From a virus: DNA of 64,000 nucleotides. Both the position numbers and the translations under genes were made by a program. The stretch covers positions 24,935 to 88,934 of IMG/VR virus record IMGVR_UViG_3300041809_000801; one strand, 5' to 3'. Under the pieces are notes generated by a model, which searched no databases, had not been told where the DNA came from, and saw only the letters and a program-made list of their open reading frames with translations. Shown here piece after piece: positions 50,431-60,154 of this stretch (positions within the stretch are counted from its first letter, which is position 1; each line of letters opens with the position of its first letter).

Positions 50431-51107
50431 TACTCAGTTCCTTCTTCCTTTTCAACCTCGAACAACTGCCGTACTGAATCAGCAATAACTTCCTTGCTGG
50501 AATCTTCAATCTCCTTCAACACAGTGTCCATAAACCGGCGCTCGACTTCAGTCATGATGGTAGATTCCGGGAACTCCGATTGATAACGCTTCTCAATCTT
50601 TTCAGAGTGAACCATGGCAATTTTCCAAAGAGTCTGCACCAACTCCTGACCCCAACCCATGATGACGTTGCGGAGCACAATTTGGATGTCCCGATTAACG
50701 CCGTCTGCATCCTTGATGACTACCCCCCTCTCCCGGAGAACCCGGATGTCCATCCCATCAATCCAAGAAATAGAACGCGAGAGAATTTCAACTCGGATGC
50801 GTTGAACCCATGCGTAGCCTTTGTACTCTTCGGCGGAAACCAAAGCCTTGATTTCCTCATCCGTGGGCATGTTGGTGATGCGAAGCCGGACCTTTTTTCC
50901 GTTCCCACTATTGAACGTCAAGACCTCTTCGTTTTCTTCGATACCAAAGCCCCGAAGACCAGCTATAATCTCTTCAATCGAGAGTGGTGGGGTTGGTGTG
51001 TCGGCGACGACCGTCGTCTGATCCGCTGTCATTACCACTGGCTCATTGGAAGAAACCGTTGGGGTGGCTTCAATTTTCTCAGAGGGTGCTACATAAACGT
51101 TATCCAT
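50430..51107 (-). CDS. Putative tail assembly chaperone
   Basis: Position directly upstream of tape measure; GGAG RBS; function inferred from synteny. Confidence 0.5.
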   Translation of the reverse strand: MDNVYVAPSEKIEATPTVSSNEPVVMTADQTTVVADTPTPPLSIEEIIAGLRGFGIEENEEVLTFNSGNGKKVRLRITNMPTDEEIKALVSAEEYKGYAWVQRIRVEILSRSISWIDGMDIRVLRERGVVIKDADGVNRDIQIVLRNVIMGWGQELVQTLWKIAMVHSEKIEKRYQSEFPESTIMTEVERRFMDTVLKEIEDSSKEVIADSVRQLFEVEKEEGTE

Positions 51108-51199
51108 AAATCTCCTGTTTTGTTGTTGTTACAATTAAATTCTCATAAAACTAGCCAGAATCTGTGTATTTCCGGTATACTATGGGTGAGGAGTTGACC

Positions 51200-51682
51200 A
51201 TGAACCCACAAGATACGTTCTACCGGACGATGAATGTGGTGACCGCTCCGCTTCGGTTCCTCATCACTTGCATACAGACCCTGATTTTCATCGCATTGGC
51301 AACCTTGGCGGCTATAGCGTGGCCCCTCATTCTGTACATCAAGGGAGAGCCGGTCACCCTCGTTTCGTTCATAATTTCTGGTTTGGCGTTGCTTGCCATC
51401 TTCACCCTCTTCTACACCCCCGGCTACTTTGTGTTTGTGGGTCTTACCCTCTTGGCGATAGGTTGGGTGTACATGATGGTTACGCAAAACGTTCCAGACT
51501 TCTTTTCAGTGGGATGGGAAGTTCGAGCCGCCATTTTTGCCTTCCTCTTCATCGGCATTATGCAGAAATTCCTTCGCAACCACGGCGGTGGTGCTTCGAC
51601 CCCAACTTCTTTGAACCTCCAACAGCCATCACCCGAAGAGCCCGTGTCAGTCGTCACGAGCTACAAGGTAGAATTCCTTTAA
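51200..51682 (+). CDS. Multi-pass membrane protein inserted in tail operon
   Basis: About 4 hydrophobic segments; own TATACT -10 (51176-51181) and GAGGAG RBS. Confidence 0.75.
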   Translation: MNPQDTFYRTMNVVTAPLRFLITCIQTLIFIALATLAAIAWPLILYIKGEPVTLVSFIISGLALLAIFTLFYTPGYFVFVGLTLLAIGWVYMMVTQNVPDFFSVGWEVRAAIFAFLFIGIMQKFLRNHGGGASTPTSLNLQQPSPEEPVSVVTSYKVEFL

Positions 51683-51846
51683 CCCTCAGCTTCGCTGTAC
51701 TTTTTACAGTATTGCTGGTCAAATTCAGCCATAATCTTCTCGTGTGCATCCGGGTGGTTGATGAATGCATCGAGTTCCTTGAGCAAGCCGGGTACTGAAT
51801 CATCCCGGTTTAGCTTGACTTCCACTTGCGTTTTTTCCTCAGCCAT
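51679..51846 (-). CDS. 55-aa protein resembling part of the upstream 369-aa protein (not in ORF track)
   Basis: MAEEKTQVEVKLNRDDSVPGLLKELDAFINHPDAHEKIMAEFDQQYCKKYSEAEG; AAGGAG RBS. Confidence 0.7.
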   Translation of the reverse strand: MAEEKTQVEVKLNRDDSVPGLLKELDAFINHPDAHEKIMAEFDQQYCKKYSEAEG

Positions 51847-51892
51847 ATACGGCTCCTTCTACTTGGTGGTTTTCCAAGTTCCTAAATCGAAA

Positions 51893-53002
51893 TCACTGAT
51901 ACCGTTTTATTCTCTCGGCAGGGTTGGGAGTAGTTTCTGTTTTGTTGCGGTCGATAGGTGGCACCGTCCGCCCCTTCTTGAGTTCAATTTCCCGCTTACG
52001 AACGTCCGCATCAGATTCAACTCGGATGGTCTCTTCATTGATCCCCGGGCCTCCACGACGACGAGCCATAGCCTCAATCGCTCTTTTGCGTTCCTCAGCA
52101 GCCTCAATCTGCTGCTTCTCAAACTTCGCCATAAGTTGCTCGTGCCGGTCGTTCGCCAACATGCCATGGAGTTCCTTGAGCATACCTTCCCGCGTCTCTA
52201 AATTCTCTGCGTGAGCCCATCCATCATCAAGGTCAGGCTTGATTATCGGTCTGACAAGAGTCTCCCACGGCTCCATACTATTCGCGACAAGCTGCCTAGA
52301 AGTTTTCTTCAAATCTGCTGCAAGAGGGTCTACGCTTTTGCCAGCCATCGGTCTAACTTGGAGTACCGCGTTCCAGCTTGCATCCAAGCGTGCTTTAGCT
52401 TGTTCTCTGTACACGCAGAGAGACGCCCACAAACGAGCATGGTCGGAAGGTACTAGGATTTTCATACTTTTCCCATCCGGCAATTCTATGACTCGATTTT
52501 CAAATGATGTGAGCCGGGAGCCTTGTCCGTGCCAAAGATTCTCTGAGGTAAATGTGCTCGTGAATGCTGATATGTAAGGGAAAAGAGAAACGTCGTAATC
52601 AGACATTTTCTGAACCAGCATAACCAGATTACGAAACTCTAATGGACTCAAATCCTCTATCTCAGGACGAGTTAGAGTTGTAGCCAAAGAAAGCACCGTT
52701 ACAAGATATTCGTTGGAATCAAATAACCACCGAGATAGCCGCCGTCTCTCTGTGTAATGAATCCCCCTCACCCATCCGACTTGTTGTCCCTCGACCAACA
52801 TAGGTCGGATACGAGCCCCGACCTCAAGGAGTTCATCGCAGTTATCCACCACAGCCGTTCGAACAGTTTGAATGTACTCACTGGGAACTTTCTGAGAGGC
52901 ACCCTCACTTATTTTCCGCATCAGGTCTACACCCGATGGAAGAAGGGGTTTCTTCGACATTGCCGCAGCGGCCTTGAGTTCAGATTTACTTACCATGCTC
53001 AT
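51893..53002 (-). CDS. Hypothetical protein (putative tail chaperone)
   Basis: 369 aa in operon upstream of tape measure. Confidence 0.6.
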   Translation of the reverse strand: MSMVSKSELKAAAAMSKKPLLPSGVDLMRKISEGASQKVPSEYIQTVRTAVVDNCDELLEVGARIRPMLVEGQQVGWVRGIHYTERRRLSRWLFDSNEYLVTVLSLATTLTRPEIEDLSPLEFRNLVMLVQKMSDYDVSLFPYISAFTSTFTSENLWHGQGSRLTSFENRVIELPDGKSMKILVPSDHARLWASLCVYREQAKARLDASWNAVLQVRPMAGKSVDPLAADLKKTSRQLVANSMEPWETLVRPIIKPDLDDGWAHAENLETREGMLKELHGMLANDRHEQLMAKFEKQQIEAAEERKRAIEAMARRRGGPGINEETIRVESDADVRKREIELKKGRTVPPIDRNKTETTPNPAERIKRYQ

Positions 53003-53516
53003 CCTCGGTAGCCACTACAGCCCCACGGAAGCCACCCTCTTTACGTTGAGCAGCAACAAGAATCTGTCGTTCGAGATTTCTAGTCTCGGCGATTTCTTGC
53101 GGTCCAAACTTCGATTCCATATCTCGAATCGTCTTATCGTGGATTGCATCCTCATCGTTCTCATCCAACTCAATTCGCTTAGTGTACTGAGATGGCTCTG
53201 GAGCACAATACAACTTGGACGTGGTGAACTTCCGGGCTGGAGGAAATGAAGCACGCCAGATTTTGAATACTCGTTCCACGATAGCGGCTGGAATGGCGTC
53301 CATTATACGCATGGATTCTTCGAGGTTTTTGGGTTTTATTCCCGAAACTTCCAGCAGAGAGTTAGCCAATATGATGCGCTGTGGGTCCTTCCCTTTTTCA
53401 AACTTGATAGCGGCATGTTCACGCCAGCGCATTCGTTTGAACTGAAAGGTATACTTCAGAAGCTTAACTTCGACCTGCTCTAACTGTTCCATACACCGAT
53501 TGAACCGAAAGCCCAT
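52986..53516 (-). CDS. Hypothetical protein (putative tail chaperone)
   Basis: 176 aa, first gene of the minus-strand tail block. Confidence 0.6.
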   Translation of the reverse strand: MGFRFNRCMEQLEQVEVKLLKYTFQFKRMRWREHAAIKFEKGKDPQRIILANSLLEVSGIKPKNLEESMRIMDAIPAAIVERVFKIWRASFPPARKFTTSKLYCAPEPSQYTKRIELDENDEDAIHDKTIRDMESKFGPQEIAETRNLERQILVAAQRKEGGFRGAVVATEDEHGK

Positions 53517-53693
53517 TTCTCCAAAATCACTGGCAACCCACAGCCAGAAAAGTCAACACACCACGAAACCAGTATTAGTGGTTATTCGGGTACGTACACC
53601 CCGGACGCAACACTACGGTAGGCGGTTACCCCATCACCGCCTCCTCTTTCAAACAATGGTGGGGAGAGAAAACATGAATGGGGAACACCAATA

Positions 53694-55190
53694 ATGCCAG
53701 CTTACCTTACTGAGATGTTGTATCGTCTCTGTACTAAAGACCTGTACTCATTCTTCCTACAAAACAAACCGGGCTTCCTCTGGATAGCTCGACGTTGGAT
53801 TGATGGTGACAGAGACGAGACCGCCAATCTCCCCACCTTTCGGGCAGTGATACTCCACTATCAGAAACGTGGTCGTGCTCCGGGAAGTGTAGATGCTCTA
53901 CGTCAATATGTTGTTGAAAACCCCGACGAGATAAAAGAGTTCAAACAGATTGCAGGGCTCAACGACAATATCCACGACCTAGAAGAATACACTTCAGAGA
54001 TTACTCTGGATGACAACCTACTATTTGATACTCTACTTTCGACCGCTCGGAAGAAATGGATTATCAACCAATGCAAGGTGGCGATGAATGTTGCCAATGG
54101 TGGTGAAACACCAGACAAGATAAAGGAGGCTGGGCCAACAGCGGCCATCCGGTGGCTTCGGGGGGAGTTTACAAAGGATTTCACACTTGAAGCCCCCGCT
54201 ATTGCAGGTATCCTTCACGAAAACGTAGGTAAGATTCGTCAAGGTTTGGTCGAGCGTTTGACCGACGACCGAGGCGACCGCTTTCCCATCGGCCTTCCAC
54301 ACATCGACAACTGTGTGACAGTTGGCAAGCAGAACCTTCGGTTCATCGCCGTTCTCGGCATGAGCGGCGACGGCAAAACGACGCTGACAAACTACATCTG
54401 CTACAACTGGCTGCGACAAGGAGCCCACATTCTCTATTGCTCGACGGAACATAGCCCCACCGAGATTTGGGAGTTCATGGCATTCCTGCACCAGTCGCAT
54501 CGTGACTACGACGATTTCACACTACCCTCACTAAATGACTGGGAGGGTGAGAAGAGCAGAGTAACACCGGACGATCTATCCAACATGAATCGGATTCTGA
54601 ACGATATTCAGAGTCGCAAGAATCTACCGGGCCTTCTCGATTGCCAGCAGTTTCGCGACTGGGAAAGCATCATCGACTACCTTAACCAGAACCATAAAGC
54701 CAACAAGTACGACATCCTCATTGTCGATTATCTCGGTCGCCTCGATGTGCCGGGGGATACACGCTTTCGTGACCAAGCGATGAAGAAACTGGTGCATGAC
54801 GTGCAAGGGCTCACGCGCTCGTTTGACGGTAACAAGGGGCTCATCGTCCTCACACCTATCCAAGTCAACCGCGAAGGCAACAAGAAGGCACAGAAGGCTG
54901 AGGAAGGCGAAGCACGCTACGATCTGAACGCCATCAACACTGTCTCTGAGTACCAACACGATCTTGACTTGTGTTTATCCGTATGGTCAAACGACGACAT
55001 GAAGATGGGCGACCAGATTGAGATTCAGCAGATTAAGCAGCGGAGAGGTCGCCGTGCGCCGACTAAACGAATGTTGTTGAAACAATCCAGCGGAGCGTTT
55101 GGATACCTTGAAACTGAAACACAGCCGGTTGAAAGTAAGCTGACCGCCGAGTCAATTGGGGCCTTCAGTGGTGAGGAGATTGGAATCTAA
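53694..55190 (+). CDS. DnaB-like (SF4) replicative helicase
   Basis: Walker A GMSGDGKT, YCSTE, ILIVDYL, PIQVNR, KQRRG. Confidence 0.9.
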   Translation: MPAYLTEMLYRLCTKDLYSFFLQNKPGFLWIARRWIDGDRDETANLPTFRAVILHYQKRGRAPGSVDALRQYVVENPDEIKEFKQIAGLNDNIHDLEEYTSEITLDDNLLFDTLLSTARKKWIINQCKVAMNVANGGETPDKIKEAGPTAAIRWLRGEFTKDFTLEAPAIAGILHENVGKIRQGLVERLTDDRGDRFPIGLPHIDNCVTVGKQNLRFIAVLGMSGDGKTTLTNYICYNWLRQGAHILYCSTEHSPTEIWEFMAFLHQSHRDYDDFTLPSLNDWEGEKSRVTPDDLSNMNRILNDIQSRKNLPGLLDCQQFRDWESIIDYLNQNHKANKYDILIVDYLGRLDVPGDTRFRDQAMKKLVHDVQGLTRSFDGNKGLIVLTPIQVNREGNKKAQKAEEGEARYDLNAINTVSEYQHDLDLCLSVWSNDDMKMGDQIEIQQIKQRRGRRAPTKRMLLKQSSGAFGYLETETQPVESKLTAESIGAFSGEEIGI

Positions 55191-55630
55191 TGGCAAGCAA
55201 TAAACGCAAAGTTAACCCTGACAATCTACCTTACTTCCCCTTCTATGCGGCGGCGTGGATTGGGTCAGGTACTGTAGATGAAATGAGCATGGCAGAGCGT
55301 GGAATTTACAGCACGTTGATGGCCTATAACTGGCTTCTCGGGGACATCCCTTGGGACATAAAAGGTGTTGCAAAGCTTCTGCACATCCACAACACAGTTG
55401 CTGAAAGGTTTCTGAAGAAGTTCGGAATACTTGCTGTAGAAGTGCAGAAGGGTTGCAGAAGATATTACTTGCCACACCTATTGAATTTCTCAGAAACAGT
55501 GGGAAAAAGTAAGGGTCGTCCTCCTATAGATAAAGGAGATAAAGAAGATAAAGAAGATAAATCAATAAATCAAGAGGATGGGAGCGGGGATTCTCCAATC
55601 CCAACGGAGGTAGATGATGACATCGTTTAG
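55190..55630 (+). CDS. DUF1376/YdaU-like replication initiator, N-terminal type
   Basis: PYFPFYAAAWI..MSMAERGIYSTLM..W..G.IP motif. Confidence 0.75.
   Translation: MASNKRKVNPDNLPYFPFYAAAWIGSGTVDEMSMAERGIYSTLMAYNWLLGDIPWDIKGVAKLLHIHNTVAERFLKKFGILAVEVQKGCRRYYLPHLLNFSETVGKSKGRPPIDKGDKEDKEDKSINQEDGSGDSPIPTEVDDDIV
55528..55561 (+). repeat. 9-bp-period repeat (AGATAAAG(G/A))x4
   Basis: agataaagg agataaaga agataaaga agataaa within initiator gene. Confidence 0.7.
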
Positions 55631-56132
55631 AGAAGACATCGCCGCCGCTGAGTGTGCAAGTCACTTCAAGCAATTGATGCACATTACTGTACCTTGCAAA
55701 GGTTGGATTAAACTCTCCCGCTCTCTGCTGGATGAGCACAACCTTACCCCGGACGAACTCAAAGCGTTTATGGTTTGGGCTGCAACTAAGAATGTCTCAG
55801 ACACTCCTCAGTTCAGTTCCGTCGATTACTTGGCGAAGGCTAAAGACCCTCTAGTCTCTTTGGTGAAAAATGCCCCCGGCCTCATCAAGGTGTGGCACAA
55901 CCAACAAACACGACGGACCGGAAGGAAAGTTTTTTGGAAGGGTGAATTGAATTGTCACATCTGCCGTGGTGATGGTTATGTTGAACCCGTGCAAGACGAC
56001 AAGCCCGGTGCCAAGAAATTAACTCCGTGTCCCAACTGCAAGTGTGGTTACTATCTCATGCCCGAACGTCGGCTGGTTTCCGACGTGGATTTGACTAAGT
56101 ACGAGAAGTTCACTGGGGTAGTTGATGAGTGA
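55614..56132 (+). CDS. Hypothetical replication-associated protein with Zn finger
   Basis: CHICRGDGYV...CPNCKC; overlaps initiator gene. Confidence 0.65.
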   Translation: MMTSFREDIAAAECASHFKQLMHITVPCKGWIKLSRSLLDEHNLTPDELKAFMVWAATKNVSDTPQFSSVDYLAKAKDPLVSLVKNAPGLIKVWHNQQTRRTGRKVFWKGELNCHICRGDGYVEPVQDDKPGAKKLTPCPNCKCGYYLMPERRLVSDVDLTKYEKFTGVVDE

Positions 56133-56348
56133 TTTTCCATTACAAAATAGAAACTTCATTGGTATTGAGAAAAGTAACCACAAAAGCCGTGAACCATGGA
56201 GTATGAAACTTCAGTCTTACTGCGAAATCAAGAATCGACTCAGAATCGCTAGTGAATGGAGTCCTTCAATTCCTAATCTAATTACGTCGCTGCTTATTTC
56301 TTCGCGACAAACAACCCGAACATTCAACTCTAAGGAAACTGTCACACT

Positions 56349-56846
56349 ATGAGTAAGGTAAAATTGTCTCGGTGCTATGTGTATCTTCACAGGCATCCAG
56401 TTACAGGAGAAGTAGTTTACATTGGAAAAGGCACAGCCGGTAGGGCTTGGGCCTGTGGGACATCAACTAATGCCAAACACGGCAGGGGGACTCGAACCCC
56501 ACAACATCAAAAATGGATTGAGTCACTGCTCGATCAAGGGTATACACCCGCAGACTTTGTAGTCATTGTAGAGCGTGGGTTGGATTCAAAGACTGCCCTT
56601 GTTTTGGAGTTGGAACTAACTGAACAATACAAAATTACAAACACACTTTTCAACGTGATGTGCTATGGCACAACTAAACTGGCTGTGCTTACTCCTGAAC
56701 AACTTAAAAAGGCTAACGGGCTCCGTGAAGAGTTTGCTACGTCCTACTCGAAAATTGCACAGCAGGTAGGTGCGACTACGATGACTGTTTGGAGGGCGTT
56801 AAACAACAAAACCAAATCTTACTCGGAGGAGTACACGAATGCCTAA
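56349..56846 (+). CDS. GIY-YIG endonuclease with C-terminal HTH
   Basis: YVYLHRHPVTGEVVYIGKG..RA; SYSKIAQQVGATTMTVWRAL. Confidence 0.85.
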   Translation: MSKVKLSRCYVYLHRHPVTGEVVYIGKGTAGRAWACGTSTNAKHGRGTRTPQHQKWIESLLDQGYTPADFVVIVERGLDSKTALVLELELTEQYKITNTLFNVMCYGTTKLAVLTPEQLKKANGLREEFATSYSKIAQQVGATTMTVWRALNNKTKSYSEEYTNA

Positions 56847-58746
56847 GTACAAGATGTCCGCTTATTCGGAATACATACATAAAAGCAGATATGCAAGGTG
56901 GATGCCTGAACTGGGAAGGAGAGAGAATTGGGACGAAACCGTCCACCGCTATATTTCATTCTTCGCTCCACGCATTCCAAAATCTGAACGCGAGACCATT
57001 TCACAAGAACTAGAAGATGCCATCCTCGGCATGGAAGTTATGCCTTCTATGCGTTCCTTGATGACAGCCGGGCCTGCACTTGAAAAAGACAACTGCGCTG
57101 GCTACAACTGTTCTTATATCGCTGTGGACGACCCACGGGCTTTCGATGAGGCGATGTACATTTCCATGTGTGGTACCGGCGTAGGGTTTTCTGTTGAGCG
57201 TCAGTACGTCAACCAGATGCCTGTTGTTGCGGAGAACTTCTATCCGACCGACACCATCATCAAAGTCAAGGACTCCAAGATTGGCTGGGCTAATGCTTTC
57301 CGCCAACTCATCGCTTTACTCTACGGGGGTTCCATTCCAAAGTGGGACATTTCACAAATTCGTCCCGCTGGCTCTATCCTCAAAACATTCGGTGGTCGCG
57401 CATCTGGGCCTGAGCCACTTGAACAACTTTTTCGCTTCACTGTTCGTCTTTTCCAAAATGCGGCGGGTCGTAAGCTGACTTCAATCGAGTGTCATGATTT
57501 GATGTGTTTTGTCGCTGACATCGTGGTCTCTGGTGGAGTTCGCCGGTCGGCGATGATTTCTCTTTCCAACCTTTCCGATGAACGTATGCGGAATGCTAAG
57601 AATGGTCAATGGTGGATTGAGAATGACCAGCGTCGTCTTGCCAACAATTCAGTAGCCTACACTGAAAAGCCTGAGATGGGCACATTCATGAAGGAGTGGT
57701 TCACTCTCTACGAATCCCGTTCTGGTGAGCGTGGTATTTTCAATCGTGAGGGAGCCCGTAAGCACGCTGCCAAAAATGGTCGTCGTAAGACGGAAGGTAT
57801 CGACTTCGGTGTTAATCCCTGTGGTGAAATCTTGTTGCGTCCCAAAGGCTTCTGTAACCTTACAGAGGTCGTCATCCGCCCGGAGGATACCAAGGCTAGT
57901 ATCAAGAAGAAGATTCGCAAGGCGGCGATTCTAGGCACCCTACAGTCCACTCTCGTGGACTTCCGCTATCTCCGTAAGGAATGGCAGCGTAATGCTGAAG
58001 AAGAACGTCTCCTCGGTGTGTCATTTACCGGCATCATGGACAACAAGATGATGGCGACGAACGGACCAGAACTGGCGAAGTTGCTGGATGAGTTCCGCGA
58101 GTATGCCATTGAAATCAACAAGGAGTGGGCTGAAAAACTGGGTATTAACGTTGCAGCGGCCATTACTTGTATCAAACCTTCAGGCACTGTAAGCCAGTTG
58201 GTTGATTCTTCTTCAGGCATTCACACGCGGTTTGCTCATTACATCGAGCGTGCAGTTCGTGAAGATCGGAAGAACCCAATCGCTGCTTTCATGAGGAGTG
58301 TGGGGGTTAAATGTGAGCCAGATGTTACCAAACCCAACGACATCGACGTATTCTACTTCCCGTTGGTGTCCCCGGATGACTCCATCTGCCGCAACGACCT
58401 CAACGCGATTCAGCAACTGGAACTGTACCTCACATACAAACTTCATTGGACTGAGCACAATCCAAGCTGCACTATCTACGTTCGTGAATCAGAGTGGCTC
58501 AAGGTTGCTTCATGGGTTTTCGAACACTTCGATGCAATCGGTGGGGTTAGTTTCCTTCCATTTTCAGACCATATTTATAAACAGGCCCCCTATACTGAGG
58601 TTACAGCAGAAGAGTATGCAAATCTTTTGGCGGAGTCTCCATCACAAATTGATTGGAAAGGTCTTACAACTTTTGAGAAAGAAGATCAGACCACAGGAAT
58701 GAAGGAGTTTGCTTGTTCGTCGGGGACGTGCGAGTTAGCCTTGTAG
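56839..58746 (+). CDS. nrdJ: Class II (adenosylcobalamin-dependent) ribonucleotide reductase
   Basis: PSMR, YNCSY, GTGVGFS, GGVRRSAMI, NPCGEI, CNLTE, KPSGT, C-terminal CxxxxC; no beta subunit gene nearby. Confidence 0.92.
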   Translation: MPKYKMSAYSEYIHKSRYARWMPELGRRENWDETVHRYISFFAPRIPKSERETISQELEDAILGMEVMPSMRSLMTAGPALEKDNCAGYNCSYIAVDDPRAFDEAMYISMCGTGVGFSVERQYVNQMPVVAENFYPTDTIIKVKDSKIGWANAFRQLIALLYGGSIPKWDISQIRPAGSILKTFGGRASGPEPLEQLFRFTVRLFQNAAGRKLTSIECHDLMCFVADIVVSGGVRRSAMISLSNLSDERMRNAKNGQWWIENDQRRLANNSVAYTEKPEMGTFMKEWFTLYESRSGERGIFNREGARKHAAKNGRRKTEGIDFGVNPCGEILLRPKGFCNLTEVVIRPEDTKASIKKKIRKAAILGTLQSTLVDFRYLRKEWQRNAEEERLLGVSFTGIMDNKMMATNGPELAKLLDEFREYAIEINKEWAEKLGINVAAAITCIKPSGTVSQLVDSSSGIHTRFAHYIERAVREDRKNPIAAFMRSVGVKCEPDVTKPNDIDVFYFPLVSPDDSICRNDLNAIQQLELYLTYKLHWTEHNPSCTIYVRESEWLKVASWVFEHFDAIGGVSFLPFSDHIYKQAPYTEVTAEEYANLLAESPSQIDWKGLTTFEKEDQTTGMKEFACSSGTCELAL

Positions 58747-58792
58747 TGGAAATGTTTGTGAACTATGGAACTCTTATGTAGAGGGTTCTAAA

Positions 58793-59569
58793 ATGAATGA
58801 AACCAATAATGCGGTAGAATCTACATGTGGAATCTACCGCATCTTCCTTATAGGAACAGACCGCAGTTACGTGGGTCAGGCAAAGAACATAGACCATCGT
58901 TGGTACGACCACAAACGCACTCTTCTAAAGGGCACCCATCATGCTAAGAAGCTGCAAAGAGCGTGGAATAAATATGGAGAAGAGAATTTCAAGTTCGAAG
59001 TGTTAGAAGTCTGTCCTTGCGATGCTTATCTTCTACTCAACCGAGAGCAGCATTGGATGGATACCTTACAGGCGTACAAACGAGGGTTCAATTGCTCTAA
59101 GAGTGCTGGGCTGTCCACTTTGGGGGTAACACACTCATCAGAGACAAAAGCAAAAATTTCAGCTAAAGCTAAAGGGCGAATAACCTCAGATGAGACTAAA
59201 GAGAAGCTTCGTCAGAGGATGAAGAATAGGGTGTTTTCAAAGGAGCATCTTCAGCATTTATCAGAAGCGGGTAAGAAACGAATGAGCGGCTCCCCCGATA
59301 AATTGAAATTGGCTCAATGGTCTAAAGAACATCCAAGGTATGGTGATTCCCACCCTTTATTTGGCAAACATCACTCAGCTAGTTCAAAATTGAAAATGTC
59401 AGAGTCCACCAAAAAGTACCATAAAGACCACCCAGCCACTCCTGAACTCAAAGCCCTTCGTTCCAAGAATGCCAAGGGTTTGTTCAACCCCATGTTCGGA
59501 AGAACCCATTCTGAAGAAACCAAAGAAAAAATACGTCAAGCACGACTAAAACGAGTATCTAGGATGTAG
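58793..59569 (+). CDS. GIY-YIG homing endonuclease with NUMOD3 repeats
   Basis: CGIYRI...YVGQA..R..H; HSSETKAKIS, HPLFGKHHS, NPMFGRTHSEETKEKI. Confidence 0.92.
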   Translation: MNETNNAVESTCGIYRIFLIGTDRSYVGQAKNIDHRWYDHKRTLLKGTHHAKKLQRAWNKYGEENFKFEVLEVCPCDAYLLLNREQHWMDTLQAYKRGFNCSKSAGLSTLGVTHSSETKAKISAKAKGRITSDETKEKLRQRMKNRVFSKEHLQHLSEAGKKRMSGSPDKLKLAQWSKEHPRYGDSHPLFGKHHSASSKLKMSESTKKYHKDHPATPELKALRSKNAKGLFNPMFGRTHSEETKEKIRQARLKRVSRM

Positions 59570-59582
59570 CTGGAGAGGTTGA

Positions 59583-59870
59583 ATGGAAACCAGTTTGCAT
59601 TTTGTAATCACCACCGTTGAAGGCAATCTATTGACACAGGACATCAAGTGTCCCTCTGACGCAGCGGAAGCAGCCGTGAATCAGATGATGGCTCAGTACG
59701 CCAGTGTGGGTATGCTGAAGAAGGAAGGGAACAAGTATAGCTTGCTCCCTTCAAACCAGATTTCCTTTGTGGAAATCGAATTGTCTCCACTTGTCGTTGC
59801 TTCTCCAAGTGAAACAGCACGGGTCGCCGCCGCAGCGGGTGGTATCAAGAAAATCATCACCAAGACGTAA
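59583..59870 (+). CDS. Hypothetical protein
   Basis: 95 aa, GGAGAGG RBS. Confidence 0.7.
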   Translation: METSLHFVITTVEGNLLTQDIKCPSDAAEAAVNQMMAQYASVGMLKKEGNKYSLLPSNQISFVEIELSPLVVASPSETARVAAAAGGIKKIITKT

Positions 59871-59902
59871 ACTTCCTGACTCTTTATCAGGGGGTTTACG
59901 TC

Positions 59903-60154
59903 ATGAGTGACTCCGACTTTGAAATTGTCAATCCAGAAGAACTGCGCGAAGAAGTTCTACTGCAACTTCTCGCTGTGTTTGTTCGGAGATTTGGTGGAGA
60001 GGTTACGATTTCTGCACGCGAATTTGGAATGGTCGAGGGGTTGGAGTTGTTCGCTCGACACACCACGACTGAGAGTCTTATGCTTCGGTTAGAAGATGAG
60101 GCTGAGATTTATTTAGAAGTCGATGATGACGAGGCTGGTCCTGAAGAGAGCTAA
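59903..60154 (+). CDS. Small acidic hypothetical protein
   Basis: 83 aa; RBS embedded in a 16-bp hairpin. Confidence 0.7.
   Translation: MSDSDFEIVNPEELREEVLLQLLAVFVRRFGGEVTISAREFGMVEGLELFARHTTTESLMLRLEDEAEIYLEVDDDEAGPEES

Noticed and set aside
56839-58746. Intron or intein in nrdJ, given the flanking endonucleases
   Set aside because: The frame is continuous, with all motifs and normal length; the endonucleases are free-standing.
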